Source of the DNA: Octopus vulgaris
Lineage: Eukaryota
Length of the DNA: 64,000 nt
Direction: 5' to 3'
Assembly: GCA_951406725.2 (NCBI GenBank)
Contig: OX597815.1
Coordinates: forward strand, 133,238,001-133,302,000
The stretch's first letter is position 1. The number at the start of each line of letters is the position of its first letter. The notes beneath the pieces were generated by a model. That model did no database searches. It worked only from the letters and a program-made list of their open reading frames with translations, and was not told the origin of the DNA. Positions 12,776 through 26,373 of the stretch are shown piece by piece. The translations under genes and the position numbers were made by a program.

Positions 12776-12912
12776 ACATTATTTACATTATTTACATTTG
12801 ACAGATATTTGTGCTCCTGCTTTCATCAGGTGTCTTGGAAAAGTTTCGAACCTGGGTTCTCATTCCTAAGGTGTTTCTTCGATGTTGTTATTATTATTAT
12901 TATTATTATTAA

Positions 12913-12948
<36 letters not shown>

Positions 12949-13751
12949 GGTCACTGCCTGGAATCGAACTCGGAATCTTGGGGTTAGTAGCCCGCGCGCT
13001 TAACCACTACGCCATATGCAAATATTCGTCAAACGTAAATAATGTAAATAATGTATTATGAGCTTGCTGGTGGACTTGCTTTGGCTAGCCTCTAGTGCCA
13101 GCGAAAAACAAATGTACATGATTTAAAAACCACTGCCATGGTTGAACAGATTGCCTCAAGTCTTAAAAACCTGAGGTCGATCTCATGGGAAAGTATACTC
13201 TACTAGGCACAAATTGGTTCAGATATTTTTAAATGAAGTACAGGAGATGGAATCTTTGTAAAATCACATCGGATGTATTGTATCTGCAACTGAAATAACC
13301 GGAAATATCACAGATTTATGGTGGATTTTTGGAGCAGCAAGAAAGAAGACATTTCCCTCAGCAATAGTTGCTGAAGAACTAGAGAAGGTTTTACTTGAAC
13401 ACCGGCTCAAAATTCTCTTAACAAATGTTGAGAGCTTGTACGAATAAATTCCTTGTCTAATTAAAGGTGTGACTGATGCCAAAGGTGGGGCAGCTCTGTA
13501 TTGGATAATAAATCTTCCATATTCCCTTTACTTTGCCTAACACCTTTATCGGTATTCTTTTATTTGTTTATCATTTGATTGCGGTCATGCTGGAGCACCG
13601 CCTCTAGTTGAGCAAACTGACCTTTGTAGGCCTAGTACTTATTTTATCGGTAACCGCTATGTTACGAGGACGTAAACACACCAGCATCGGTTGTCAAGCA
13701 ATGTGGTGGGGGGACAAACACAGACACACAAACACACACGCACACACACAC

Positions 13752-13889
<138 letters not shown>

Positions 13890-14921
13890 GATGGTCTTCT
13901 TTCAGTTTCCGTCTACCAAATCCATTCACAAAGCTTTGGTCGGCCCGAGGCTATAGTAGAAGACACTTGCCAAGGTGCCACGCAGTGACTGAACCCGGAA
14001 CCATATGGTTGATAGCAATCTACTTACCACACAGCCACTCCACACCATATATCATATATATAATGAATATGCATTTACGTATGGTCCTCTGAGTATGTGT
14101 GTGAATACACATGTGTGCGTGTATGTATGTGCGTTTCTGTATTCACGTTTGGCATGCTACGTAGTTTGAAAGCATACGTACTTAATGCGGATATTTCTGG
14201 ATGATATGTTTCTTATCAGCGTTGTTAAATCTGACAAGCAATCATTCATTCAGTAAATGATATAATGAAGGAAGCTGAAACAGAGCTTAATAATATAAAC
14301 ATATTTAATAATCGTTGTATATGATATCAGAAATAATATCATCACCTGACGACAATAAGCGAGAATGACAGGTCATTTAAATCCAGTCAGTGGAGAACTA
14401 CGAGATCCGGTTGTGATGATTGCAAATATTAGAAGAGATCTTGTTTTGTTGACATTGCTGACAACTCTCATTTAAACAGTGAGCTTGTTGGGTCGTTAAA
14501 GCGTAGGACAAAATACCTCGTGTTATTTGATCCAATTCTCTGTATTCTGAGTTGAAATCCAACAGTGGTCGTCTTTGTTTTTCGGTCTTTCCATGTGGAT
14601 AAAAGAAAGTAACAATCCAAAGAGCTAGGTAATTGTCTCTAGTACTTTCTATGGCGTATAAGTAACCGAGATCACAATATTCCCCCTGAACGGAATGCTT
14701 GTCTTTAGTAGGGTTGCTAATTTACAACTAAGTGGACTGGAGAAATCTGAATTGAAGTGTTTTGCTCAAGAACACAACGCATAGCCCGATCCGAGAATCG
14801 AAACCACCGTCTTGCGATTATGAGTGCAACACCTTAACCACTAAGCCACGTGCCTTCACCAAGGAGATGGTTAGATTAGCAGAGGATCTCTCATTGCCGG
14901 CTTATTATTACTATTATCATA

Positions 14922-15120
14922 AGGCGACGATCTAGCAGAATTGTTAGGACGCCGGATGAGATGCTTAGCGGTATTTCGTCCGTCTTTACGTTCTGTGTTC
15001 AAATTCCGCCGACTTTGCCTTTCATCCTTTCGGGGTCGATAAATTAAGTACTAGTTGCGTACTGGAGTTGATCTAATCGACTGGCCTTCTCCCCCAAAAT
15101 TTGTGCCTAGAGTAGAAAAA
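14922..15120 (+). mobile_element. tRNA-like SINE, second family (GGCGAGCTGGCAGAATCGTTAG head; GCCTTTCATCCTTTCGGGGTCGATAAA core)
   Basis: Many similar copies at ~15975-16185, 20222-20455, 23115-23330(-), 30885-31130, 33400-33770(-), 53425-53640, 58700-58930, 59465-59665(-) and 61925-62130(-). Confidence 0.8.
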
Positions 15121-15154
15121 AATTATTACTATTAATTTTTTTATTATTTTTTAA

Positions 15155-15882
15155 ATTTTAATCTGCGTTTTTGTTACAGTCACTTGCTGAGATATATCCA
15201 GCGTCCTGGGGCGAATGAAGGATAAGGGATGTTACAATATGACTGAAAGCTTGGGGAGGGGAGGTAGCAAAATATCTTCATGTAATACAACACAGACATT
15301 TAAATGGATAGCGTTTTTCTAAGGATGTGAGCAGTACTTGTCAGCACAATCGCTTGGATTTCTCTGAGACATGGTTCTCCTGAGATCTTATCTAGACGTT
15401 TCTGACATTTCTTTTTTATCATACCTAGGGCACCTACAATGACAGGAACAGTTCTCGTTTTAAGATGCTACATCTTTTGTATTTCAATTTCCAGGTCCTT
15501 AAATTTACTTAGTTTGTCAAATTCCTTGATAGATATATTTCTATCAGTGGGAACACTTACATCTATTAGTGTACAAGTATTTTCTTCCCTGTTTTTAATA
15601 ATTATATCTGGTCGATTAGCCTGGATCGTTCTGTCAGTGTTGAGTGGAAAATCACAGAGGATTGTGACATTTTTACCTTCAACGATCGACTCAGGATGAT
15701 GTTCGTACCAGTAAGTAGGAGTGCTGATTTTGTCGTGTTTACATATTTTTCAATGTAAATACTATCCTACCCTATCGTGACGATTTTTATATTTGTTTGG
15801 TGTCAGCACAGGACATCCCGAGAAGAGATGGTCTATTGTTTCATCAAATGTGTTGCAGAATTTGCATTTAGGGTCAGAACCA
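15155..15882 (-). mobile_element. Decayed 5'-truncated copy of the R4/Dong family that is intact at 53.7-58.3 kb
   Basis: The 3' UTR and RLE-coding sequence align by eye with 53717-54440. Flanked by TAT-rich repeats. Confidence 0.85.
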
Positions 15883-15885
15883 TTA

Positions 15886-15949
<64 letters not shown>

Positions 15950-16211
15950 TTATTATTATTATTACTGTTATATAAGGTGGTGAGCCAGCAGAATCGTTAG
16001 CATGCTGGATGAAATGCTTAGTGGTTTTTCGCCCGTCGCTACATTCTGAGTTCAAATTCCGCCGAGGTTGACTTTCCCTTTCATCCTTTCGGGGTCGATA
16101 AATTAAGTACCAGTTGAGTACTGGAGTCGATGTAATAAACTATTCCCCTCCTAAATTTCAGGTCTTGTGCCTATAGTAGAAAGGATTACCATTATTATTA
16201 TTATTATTATT

Positions 16212-16806
16212 GAGTGAGAGAGCAGTGCATGCCATCATAGTGACACTGGGGTAAAATATACGAAGCCCAGTATACCTATCATGACTACCTGTCTGATAAG
16301 GGTACACCAGGCACATGTATCACAACCATATGTGCACGACATGGTGATCTCATATCAAGATGAACAGCACATGACCTTGCAGGTGGGGCCCAGTTAGAAT
16401 TTTCATCTGGTCGAGTAACCCATCCCGCTCAAAAGGTCTCTGAATAAGGGTTGTTTAAAGATGTTGAACGAACCACCTATGTTTCCAGAAGTGAATTATC
16501 CAAACCTCTAAGAATTCCTTTCAACACATGGTTATGATACTCCCCCACTATTTCTGCTCATGATCAGAGATGCACATATCGTCAGCCACCAAGAGACATG
16601 CTCAACAGGTTAAGGTCAAACAGCTGACAAGCAAATCTGTGGTATTGAGCAGAATATTTACCGTAGCCCATCTTTTATACCAAGACAAAACGATGTACAT
16701 GATAACACTTCCAATCAGTTAAGATCAGAAGCCATAAGAGCCACTGTCTGGTACTGCATCAGGGCATTTATACTGCATCAGGCATTGGTACTGCATCAGG
16801 GCATTT
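16212..16806. mobile_element. Non-coding interspersed repeat embedded in (TAT)n
   Basis: ~600 bp of complex sequence with sharp borders on TAT arrays and a triplicated TACTGCATCAGGGCATT end. Confidence 0.45.
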
Positions 16807-16827
16807 ATTATTATTATTATTATTATT

Positions 16828-17055
16828 CAGTAGTTTTATTTATATAGCGTGCTTTCACTACCGAGCGCATCTCTGTGTGCCTTAGGTATGTGCTGTGATT
16901 TGTTGTGATGCTCTGATGGTTATTGTACGGAAAGTGTTCTGCGTAGGATGTGTGCAGTGCCTAGTAGTGCAATTTTCTGTATGTTATATGTGTTTGTAAG
17001 TCCTGGTGTTTTTGTTATGTATTTATCTGAATATTTTTTATCATGCCTAATGCAG
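16828..17055 (-). mobile_element. R4/Dong 3' end (same family as 7238-7920)
   Basis: Near-identical to 7238-7475. Flanked by (TAT)n. Confidence 0.85.
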
Positions 17056-17059
17056 TTAC

Positions 17060-17099
<40 letters not shown>

Positions 17100-17460
17100 G
17101 CCTTTGCACAGCTTCTAACGCTGGAGATGTACTACAGCGTCAGCTGTTCACTACCAGTGAACTAAGGTAACACCTCTTATTTTTCGAGCACCTTCCGGAG
17201 TATTCGAGCGGTTCCAAGCAGTGCTGTTTTCTGCAAGTATTCCACCTTTATTGCAGCCCATATTTGTTCCATGTACTTTTCAAGATTTTTACTCACTGTT
17301 TCCAGGGCCCCGATAATTATTGGTATTACTACCACCTTTTTCATTGACCACAACTGCTTAACCTCCCAAGCTAACCTGTCATGTGTATCGACTTTTCTTT
17401 CTTCCTTATCGCATACTTTGTTGTCAGCTGGTCATGCTATATCTATGATCCAAAACAAAT
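17100..17460 (-). mobile_element. R4/Dong-type 3' fragment, another family
   Basis: Minus strand encodes IIDIA*PADNKVCDKEERKVDT...IIGALETVSKNL...LQKTALLGTARILRKVLE. Flanked by (TAT)n. Confidence 0.75.
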
Positions 17461-17485
17461 TATTACTATGTTGATGACGATGGTG

Positions 17486-17541
<56 letters not shown>

Positions 17542-18375
17542 GCCGAGATCGACTTTACCTTTCATCTTTCCAGAGTCGCTAAAATAAAAATCAGTTGGTC
17601 ACAGAAGTTGATGTAAACAGTTAACCCCCTTCCCCACAAAATTGGCTGTCTAGTACGAAAAGCCAGAAGATTTATTATTACTATCCTTTTTCTTACTCTT
17701 ATTATTGAAATTACCGTGAGCAAATACAGCTTATCTAGATCAGAAAAATTTATATTTTTTACCAACCACGGCCAAAGGGGAAAAATATTTCGTCTTGCAT
17801 TATTTATTTATCAAGAGTAAACTATTGAACATAGTTTGAGTTTTCCGTTGACATTTCATCTCAAGATGGCTTCTCATGAAAGAAACGCCTCCACAAAAAT
17901 TTAACTTAATCATAACTACACAGAGAACGAAAACTAAAAATTACAGAAGCAAAATAAATTTAATTTCATAACAAGTCTCGTGATTTTTTTCACAAAAAAA
18001 AGCGTCAATTTGATCAATTTAAACAATATTGTTAAAATATCGCCAACATCAACAATAACAAAGACGGCATAGGCGTTCGACGCCTTTTACTGACTTTTCT
18101 CTCATAGATTCTTCCTCTCGGCCTATTTGAAGTTGATATTTCTCAGCCTCTTCGTAACCTCGTTCCACTTCTTATCCAACCTTGAGGTTCGCTTCTAATT
18201 AGACACCCTAAATTGTCTTAACAGGGACGGCATGCCAGCGATCATCGAAGTTAGCCGTTATAGTTTCCGGTTTAGTTCCACAGCACGGCACCTGCAGCAA
18301 GTGTCTGTTATTATAGCGCTGGACCAACCAATGGCTTGTGAGTGAAACTGTGAAAACTCGCCGTATATATATAGC

Positions 18376-18419
<44 letters not shown>

Positions 18420-18428
18420 TATAGATAT

Positions 18429-18505
<77 letters not shown>

Positions 18506-18603
18506 GAAAGAGAGAGTACTTAACTGTTAACAAGAAATTTTTTTTTCCGACTGTTTGTTTTCCGAATGCTTGTGCATTTATTATGTTTTAACGCACTATG
18601 TGT

Positions 18604-18675
<72 letters not shown>

Positions 18676-20680
18676 GTGACTTCGTGACTGTGTTTGTCAC
18701 CCAACATCGCTTGACAATTGGTGTTCGTTTGTTTACTTTCCCGTAACTTAATGGTTCGGCGAAAGAACTGATAAAATAAATACCGAGTTTTAAAAATAAG
18801 TACTGAGGTCAATTTGTTCGACCAAAACCCTTCAAAGTATCCCAGCATGGTTGCAATCCGACTGACACAAGTAACAACTTGCAGACAAAGGAGTCACTCT
18901 AAAAATTTCTGCTCTTTAACGCGCGATTTTGTCTACATATTTTCATATACTCGACGGACATTAGGTTAGATTTTTTTTTAATTGCTATAAGCTTACGAGA
19001 TTGTGAGATAATCTCAAAATAAAGCTTCAAATTAAATTACATAATAATTGTTTCTAGTATTGATACAAGGTTCAGAATTTGTAGAAGGGAGTTAGTCGAT
19101 TACGTCAACCTCGGCATTTGATTGATGCTTCATTTAATCAGTCCCGAAATAGATGAATTATCATCCTAAATCATGCGCAGCGTGCTGTCAGAATGGGCAT
19201 TTTCCCCGTAATGAATTTAATTAAACTACATACAAACATCCTTTGATAGCTTTTAAATTAATTCCATGTTAATGAACTCTTAATTCTCTATTTTTAATAA
19301 TTCTGTTTAATTTATTTAATCACATATAGCAACTCATTTTATTAAAATTCAATGCAATAATCAAATAAATAACACACACACACACACACCGGTTACCTAG
19401 GCATCTACATACCATCTCTATTCAAATTATATCAAATACATTGTATAATGTAAATAAAACTTGATCACCTTTTTTCCTATTAGTCTTATAATAAAATAGT
19501 AATTATTTGTTATATGGAGTAAAAAGCCGCTTTGCTTCTGTTGTGACCAACCTAACTTTCAAAGAATTATGACGCTATAAAGAGCTGAAGTCATAGGAGT
19601 GCACAAAAGTAATGAGTTTCCATAAAATAAGCACAGTGCATAGCTCCGCGACTCTGAAAGTGAAATGACCACAACACACAAGTATAATATACGGAGAGAA
19701 AATAACCTTGATCTAAATGTAACTGGTTATATAAGTTAAGAAAATATATAGTTAAAACTAAAAGATATAACGGACATATAAATTTAACCTTTGAAAGAAG
19801 GAATGCATGTTGAAGCTCAGCAATTCTGAAGGGAAGTGATTCGCGACGTGGTACATTATTTTGTCGATCTCGAAACAATGAAAGGTAAGGTTGATCTGGG
19901 TGGAAGTGGAACTCAAAATGGTAGAATAAGAACCAGACTTTACAAAAAAATATAAGTACTGGGGGTTTTATGGGGGTTTTTTTCGACTAAAATCCTTCGA
20001 GGCGGTGTCCTAGTATGGTCGCTGTCCAATGACTGAAACAAGTGAAAGATAAAAAATGAAGAACATTAATTAAGCAAAGAAAATGGCCCAAAATAAACAA
20101 CGAAACAACGAAATTAAATCCAAGCAATTCTACTGAGCAGCAGAAGCTGAACCAAAACTAAAAACACGAAGAGAAGTAAATGGGAGAAAATTCAAAAAGA
20201 AAATGTTGCTAATGATAGAAAGGGTGGCGAGCTGGCAGAATCGTTAGCACGCCGGGCGAAATGTTCAGCAGTATTTCATCTGCCGTTAAGTTCTGAGTTC
20301 AAATTCCGCCGATGTCGAGTTTGCCTTTCAGCCTTTTGGGGTCGATTAAATAAGTACCAGTTAGGCACTGGGGTCGATGTAATCGACTTAATCCTTTTTG
20401 TCTGTCCTTGTTTGCTCCCTCTATGTTTAGCCCCCTGTGGCCAATAAAGAAATAAATGTTGAATATGAAAATAATCCAAAGAGGGAGCTACTTGTAAATG
20501 GATAAGCACAAGCATGGCTGTGTGGTTAAAAAGCTCACTTTTCGATCAAATAGTTTCGGTCAGTTCCACTCCAGAGCACCTTGAGCAAGTGTTCTCTACA
20601 ACAGCCCTGGGTCGACCAACACCAAGCGAGTGAATTTAGTAGATAGAAAATGCGTGGAAGTTCGTCATATATATCTCTAA

Positions 20681-20759
<79 letters not shown>

Positions 20760-22088
20760 GCATGCGCAAACCACTTCACAATCTATTCGGAAAAAATGAC
20801 CGATAGAACATGTACTAGACTTTAAAAAGACATAACTATTTCGGTCCAATGAATGACACAAAAAAAAGAAACACACAAAGGATATTTTTCTCTTGTACAA
20901 CCGAAAAGCAACAACAAATGGAAAAAACAACATGGATGACAGAGAAAAATAAAAACGGATTTGATTATCAATGTCACTAGAATAGAGGTATTCAACTGCT
21001 TAAGTAATCATAAAGGAAAGTGAGTCTGTCAGATCTACTCAAATAGAAATGTGTAGTCCGGAACAAACAGACAGGGAATCACTTGAGCTGCTTTACTGCG
21101 TTATATATCCCGTTTTTTTTTTTTTTTTTTTGCTTTCGCATTCAAATCCCATCGAAGCTATCTTTGTCTTTCATCCTTCCAGGATCGATAAATAAAGTAC
21201 GAGTCAAATTGATTGAATAGAGGAATCAATCATTAGAGTATTTACTATTAGTTCCGGATATTTACATTCTGAGTTCAAATCCTACCATGGACTATTTGGA
21301 CAACAGGCTTAATCCATTACCCAGATTAACACCACCGCATGGTCGTTGAGTGACTTTGTGGGTGTTTATTCTATTGTAAGCATTTGAATTAGGTCACTGC
21401 CTTGAGAATACCATCCGTCCTTCAACCCCTCTATCAGTCTTGAAGGCCTTGTAAAGAGTCATAGATATAACCTATCCTTCCCTTCCTAAATAATAAAAAA
21501 GCAACGTGGAAAAGTTACATAGAAAGATTGAAAACAAGAAAAGAGCTTTCGATCTTTGATGGAATCTATAACTAAAAGACACAAAGGAAAAAAGAAAACA
21601 AATATTACATAAATATACTATAAAATAATTTTAAATATACTATAAAAAAAATAAATATACTATAAAAAAATGAAGAATTGCCTAAGACAAGAGATTCTCG
21701 TTAAATTTGTCATCATGAAAAGTGAAAAACATTTCTTTGAACAAAACAAAACAGTTTTGCTCAAATAGTTTTTCCAACTGAAAAAATGATTTCAACAAGA
21801 ATCGGATAAAAACAAAGGAGAGAAGCCAATATAGTGCCAACAGCAAAATTCAAGAGAAGGAGTGTGTGGATAACAGATGGATAACCGAAGGCCAGAATGT
21901 TCAGAACAAGTGCAAAAACTGAACAGTCGTTAGTGAATGGTTACCCAAAATAACGTCAGTGCTTATGTCATCTCTACAAACGTGTATTCCCATTGTTATA
22001 ACAAGGGAAAAGAAAGGTTTTATACTTCATGCTCTCTGTCTGTCTGTCTCTCTCTCTCTCTTCCTCCTTCTCTCTCTCTCTTCCTCCT

Positions 22089-22133
<45 letters not shown>

Positions 22134-24208
22134 CTTAAGATTATTTGAAAGGAAAAGATGGGATAAAAATACCCTTGTGTTTGTTGTTTTCTCCCTTATT
22201 TTTTAATTATTTTTATTTTTAATTTAAAATTAAAACTTCAGATGTTGTCGTAAACCAAATTGGGTGAAAATATCTAATAATTTGCATATTTATTCCTTAT
22301 AGGTTCAGACACATTCGAACATGAATATGAACGTGCATTTGTCATGAAGAAGTTGTTCTGTTACAAAGCGCTATAGCGATTAGCATATTCCTGTTCGAAT
22401 ATACGGGGCCATATAGATAAATTTGCTAGCCACCATTTTGATTCTCGCTGCTCAACGCGCATATGACGATTTTATGGAATCCCTTTTGTTTCTGATATAG
22501 TCAACCAGAACTATAATATAAGGGAGAAGTTAGTCAATCAAGTCGACTAACCTCTCCTTCAAATGCAATACCTGTACTTGACTGGTACTTCACTTTACCG
22601 ACCTCCGAAAGAATTTCAAGCACAATTGACATCGATAGGATGGGAACTCAGAATATAACACTCGAAAGAAATATTGGAAGGCATTTTTCCGGCGCTCTTA
22701 CAATTTGGCAAATCCAATACCCTTTAAAAAATATGTAGTAATAGTGCAGGCGTGGTTGTGTTGTAAAAAGCTTGCTTCTCAACCACATTGTTCCGGGTTC
22801 AGTCCTGCTATATGGTAACTTGGGCAAGTATCTTCGACTATAGCCTCGGGCCGGCCAAAGTGAGTGGATTTAGTAGACGGAAACTGAAAGAAGCCCGTCG
22901 TATATGTGGGTGTGTTTAACCCCCACCCCACCATTTGACAACTGGCGTTAGTTTGCTTACGTCCCCGTAACTTAGTGGTTCGGCAAAAGAGACCGATATA
23001 AGAAATACCAGACTTTAAAAAATAGAAATAAGTACTGGAGTCGATTCATTCAACTAAAATTCTTCCAGGCGGTATCCCGGCATGGCAACAGCCTAATGAC
23101 TGAGACAAAAGGATTTCTAATTTAGGCCCAGAACCAACAATTTCAGAGGAATGATATTAGTAGAAACCATCGACTCCATTACTTAACCAGTACTTTATTT
23201 TATCGACCCCGAAAGGATGAAAGACAAAGTTGACTTCGGCGGGATTTGAACTCAAAACTCAGTGGCTCGAAACAAATACCCCAAAGTATTGTTTGCTGAG
23301 GCTCTAATGGTTCAGCCAATCCATCACCCTTTAAACAAATATCTAATAAAGAAATTCCATATTAAACCGTTTTGTGTGTGTGTGTGTGTGTGTGTGTTTT
23401 TAATTTTTAGGCAGTTGAGTTGAAATTTTAATTTCAATAGAAATCAACAGGAGTTACAAGATTAATTTCAATTTTCGATATTTTTCGATTCCGTTCTTGC
23501 TGATTTGATTTTATTAATTCAAAAATTTCAAATTTGAACAAATCCTGATGAATCTAGGAAAACAAATTTCTTAATAATTCGTGAGGTGCAAGCTGTACAC
23601 CTCAACCAATAACGAAAAGCACCAGTGATCAGAATATTTATATTTGAATCTGCAAAAAACCTATTAACAATGAATAGATACGCCACCGTTTAGGTTCCCG
23701 CTGGTCTGCATGAACATCATGTTAGTTAATGTTCGACAGATATTATCACGCATTGGTAAATAATGTTTTGCTGATTACTATGAACAAGAACTTGTACCAT
23801 TGTCAGTTGATCGATCCGATGAGGTAGCTTTGTCTGAGGAGATTCACAATTAGGTCAAAACACCGCAGTGACTCAATGTCTCCTTTCACCGGTGAATCGC
23901 GTGTTATTAACATAGATCGTCTAAATGGAGGAGATGTCCTCCGATGATGAAAACCGACAGCGGTCAGATACTCATGTTCGAATCAGCCAAGACGTATTGA
24001 GAATGAATAGATGTGTTATGATGTTCTTAAAATTTCCGATATTGCTGTGAAGTTATAAAGTTGGTAGGAAGTTTGTTTCCCAACATCATGGTTCCAGGTT
24101 CAGTCCCACTGCGTGGCTCCTTGGGAAAGTGTTTTCAACTACAGCCTCAAGCCGAATAAAGCCTTCTGAGTGGATTTGATAATCGGAAACTAAAAGAAGC
24201 CTATTGTA

Positions 24209-24266
<58 letters not shown>

Positions 24267-24842
24267 TATGTGTGTCCTCCATTACCGCTTGACAACCAGT
24301 GATGGTTTGTTCGCGCCCTCATAACTTAGCGGTTCGGCAAAAGACAAGGAATAATTGCCAAACTTTAAAAAAAACTTCTTCAAGGTGGTGCCACAGCATG
24401 GCCACAGTCTAATGACTGAAATAAATAAAAGATAAAAGATAAACGATAAAAGAAAACCATGAGTGTATTTAGCGAGTAGTAATCTCTTGCTAAACCGCAT
24501 CTTCAAACAGGTTTCAATTCCTTGATTCAACTCAGCCCATTTAAATTACGTTGCTAATGCTCTGGAGAAAAGCATAAATGTGCAACAGCATGATGTTCCC
24601 TTTTCTGAAATATCTGATATATTGTGTATATAAACATATTGTTTTTTTTATTCTTTTATCTGTTTCAGTCATTTGACTGCGGTCATGCTGGAGCACTGCC
24701 TTTAGTCGAACAAATCGACCCAAGACTTATTCTTTGTAAACCTAATACTTATTCTATCGGTATCGGTATAAACACACCAACATTGGTTGTCAGGCGACGG
24801 TAGGGTGGGGGTACAAACGCAGACACACAAACATATACATAT

Positions 24843-26230
24843 ATGAATTCTGGCTCGTTGGCATAAAGAATTTCCAGTTTCACCTATATAATTCTCTTTG
24901 CATGTGGAACAGGTTATGCAATATATTACGTTCTGCGTCTTGCAATTCATGTCTGCATTTACTTAGAATGTGTGACCACTCTTAAAATATATTTGTTTGT
25001 TTTCCTCTATATATTTGTAGATGGAGTTACTGTAGATCCCACATCTACTATCTCCACATTCTTTCACAAAGAATTCGGTTTTATTCTCTGATGAGAATTT
25101 TTTCCCTTGTTAGTTGTTTCTTCAGGTTTTTCTCTTGGCGTTTACTGCTTTTTAAACAATATTTGTTTAATAGGCTTCCCATTTGGGGGCTTTGGTAAGT
25201 TTGAATGTATAATTTGAAACATGTTGGTAACTCCAGGGTTGTGTGTATTTATGAAAGGAATGACGTTTTCTTTGTTTTTCTTTTTTAGAGTTCTGAGTTG
25301 TGTGATGTCCAGTTTCATTGCTCTTGAGATTCCGTTTTTTATTAATTTGAGTGGGAATTTCTGTTCTAGTAGGAAGTTTTAAGTTCATTTAGTCTTATTT
25401 CGCGTGTTTGTGAGTCGATCAATATGTTGCATATGCGTCTTGCCATACTATATGAAATGTTTCTTTTTATGTGGGATGGGTGGCAGGAGTAGAAATTTAA
25501 ATATTGGTGTGTGTTGATTTTTTTGTAGTAGATGTCTGTTGTGACGATCTTGATGTTGATAGCTAGGAAGGGAAGTTCGTTGTAGCTGGTATCTATTGTG
25601 AAGTTGATAGATGGGTGCAGTGTGTTGAGGATGTTGTGGAATGTTCATAGATCTTCTGATCTGTTCCAAAAGATGAAACAGTCACCGAGGTAGCCAATAA
25701 GACCAATATTCGCAGGGCCCCAAGCACCAACACAGCAACTAAACCACTTCATAGATGTACTCCTCAAACCTTTATGCCCACTGATACCAAGCTACATAAT
25801 GGATGACATAGACTTCCTCGGTTCCGGACAACACCATACTTGCAAGCTTCGATGTTACAAACTAATACACGAACATACCACACACCCTGGGTCTAGAAGC
25901 GATAAAACAATGGATAGAAAATACAGGGAAGTCATAGATAAACGTTTCAAAACAGACTTTATCACCAAAGCCGCCCAATTAATACTTGGAGAAAACACAT
26001 TCTCCTTTAACAACAAGACATACGACAGATAAAGGGCACGGCTATGGATACGAAATTCGCACCTTCATATGCCAACTTGGTGATGGGTTTCCTTGAGAAC
26101 AAAGTATACGATGAAATAAGGAAAGTCTTCGAACGTGACTTCAGAGAAGACGACAAGAAAAAGTGGAAATGCTACCTCGATGACTGTTTCATCTTTTGGA
26201 ACAGATTAGATCTACGAACATTCCACAATA
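24843..26230 (-). mobile_element. Penelope-like element (RT + GIY-YIG) with an inverted 5' part
   Basis: The minus strand 25694-24843 encodes YLGDCFIFW, a DIYYKK thumb and the GIY-YIG NVIYCITCSTCKENYIGET. The plus strand 25695-26230 encodes upstream RT (RPIFAGP, GTAMDTKFAPSYANLVMG, YLDDCFIFW). Confidence 0.85.
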
Positions 26231-26235
26231 TATAT

Positions 26236-26321
<86 letters not shown>

Positions 26322-26335
26322 GTACGTATATATAT

Positions 26336-26373
<38 letters not shown>

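Noticed and set aside
12065-13003. ORFs rich in MYVC/HTYI, and similar YI, LS, IYLS and poly-I ORFs elsewhere
   Set aside because: Microsatellite read-through with no protein signal.
12950-13016. tRNA-like sequence
   Set aside because: It has A/B boxes but no clean acceptor stem. It is best read as a SINE-type head, like others in the window.
13060-13540. Complex, coding-like sequence
   Set aside because: Stops interrupt the frames and no recognisable domain was found. It is probably a decayed TE but cannot be assigned.
23545-23875. CTGATGA..GAAA at 23545 and CTGAGGA..AAAA at 23833
   Set aside because: The first lacks stems. The second needs at least two core substitutions and has no convincing stem I.
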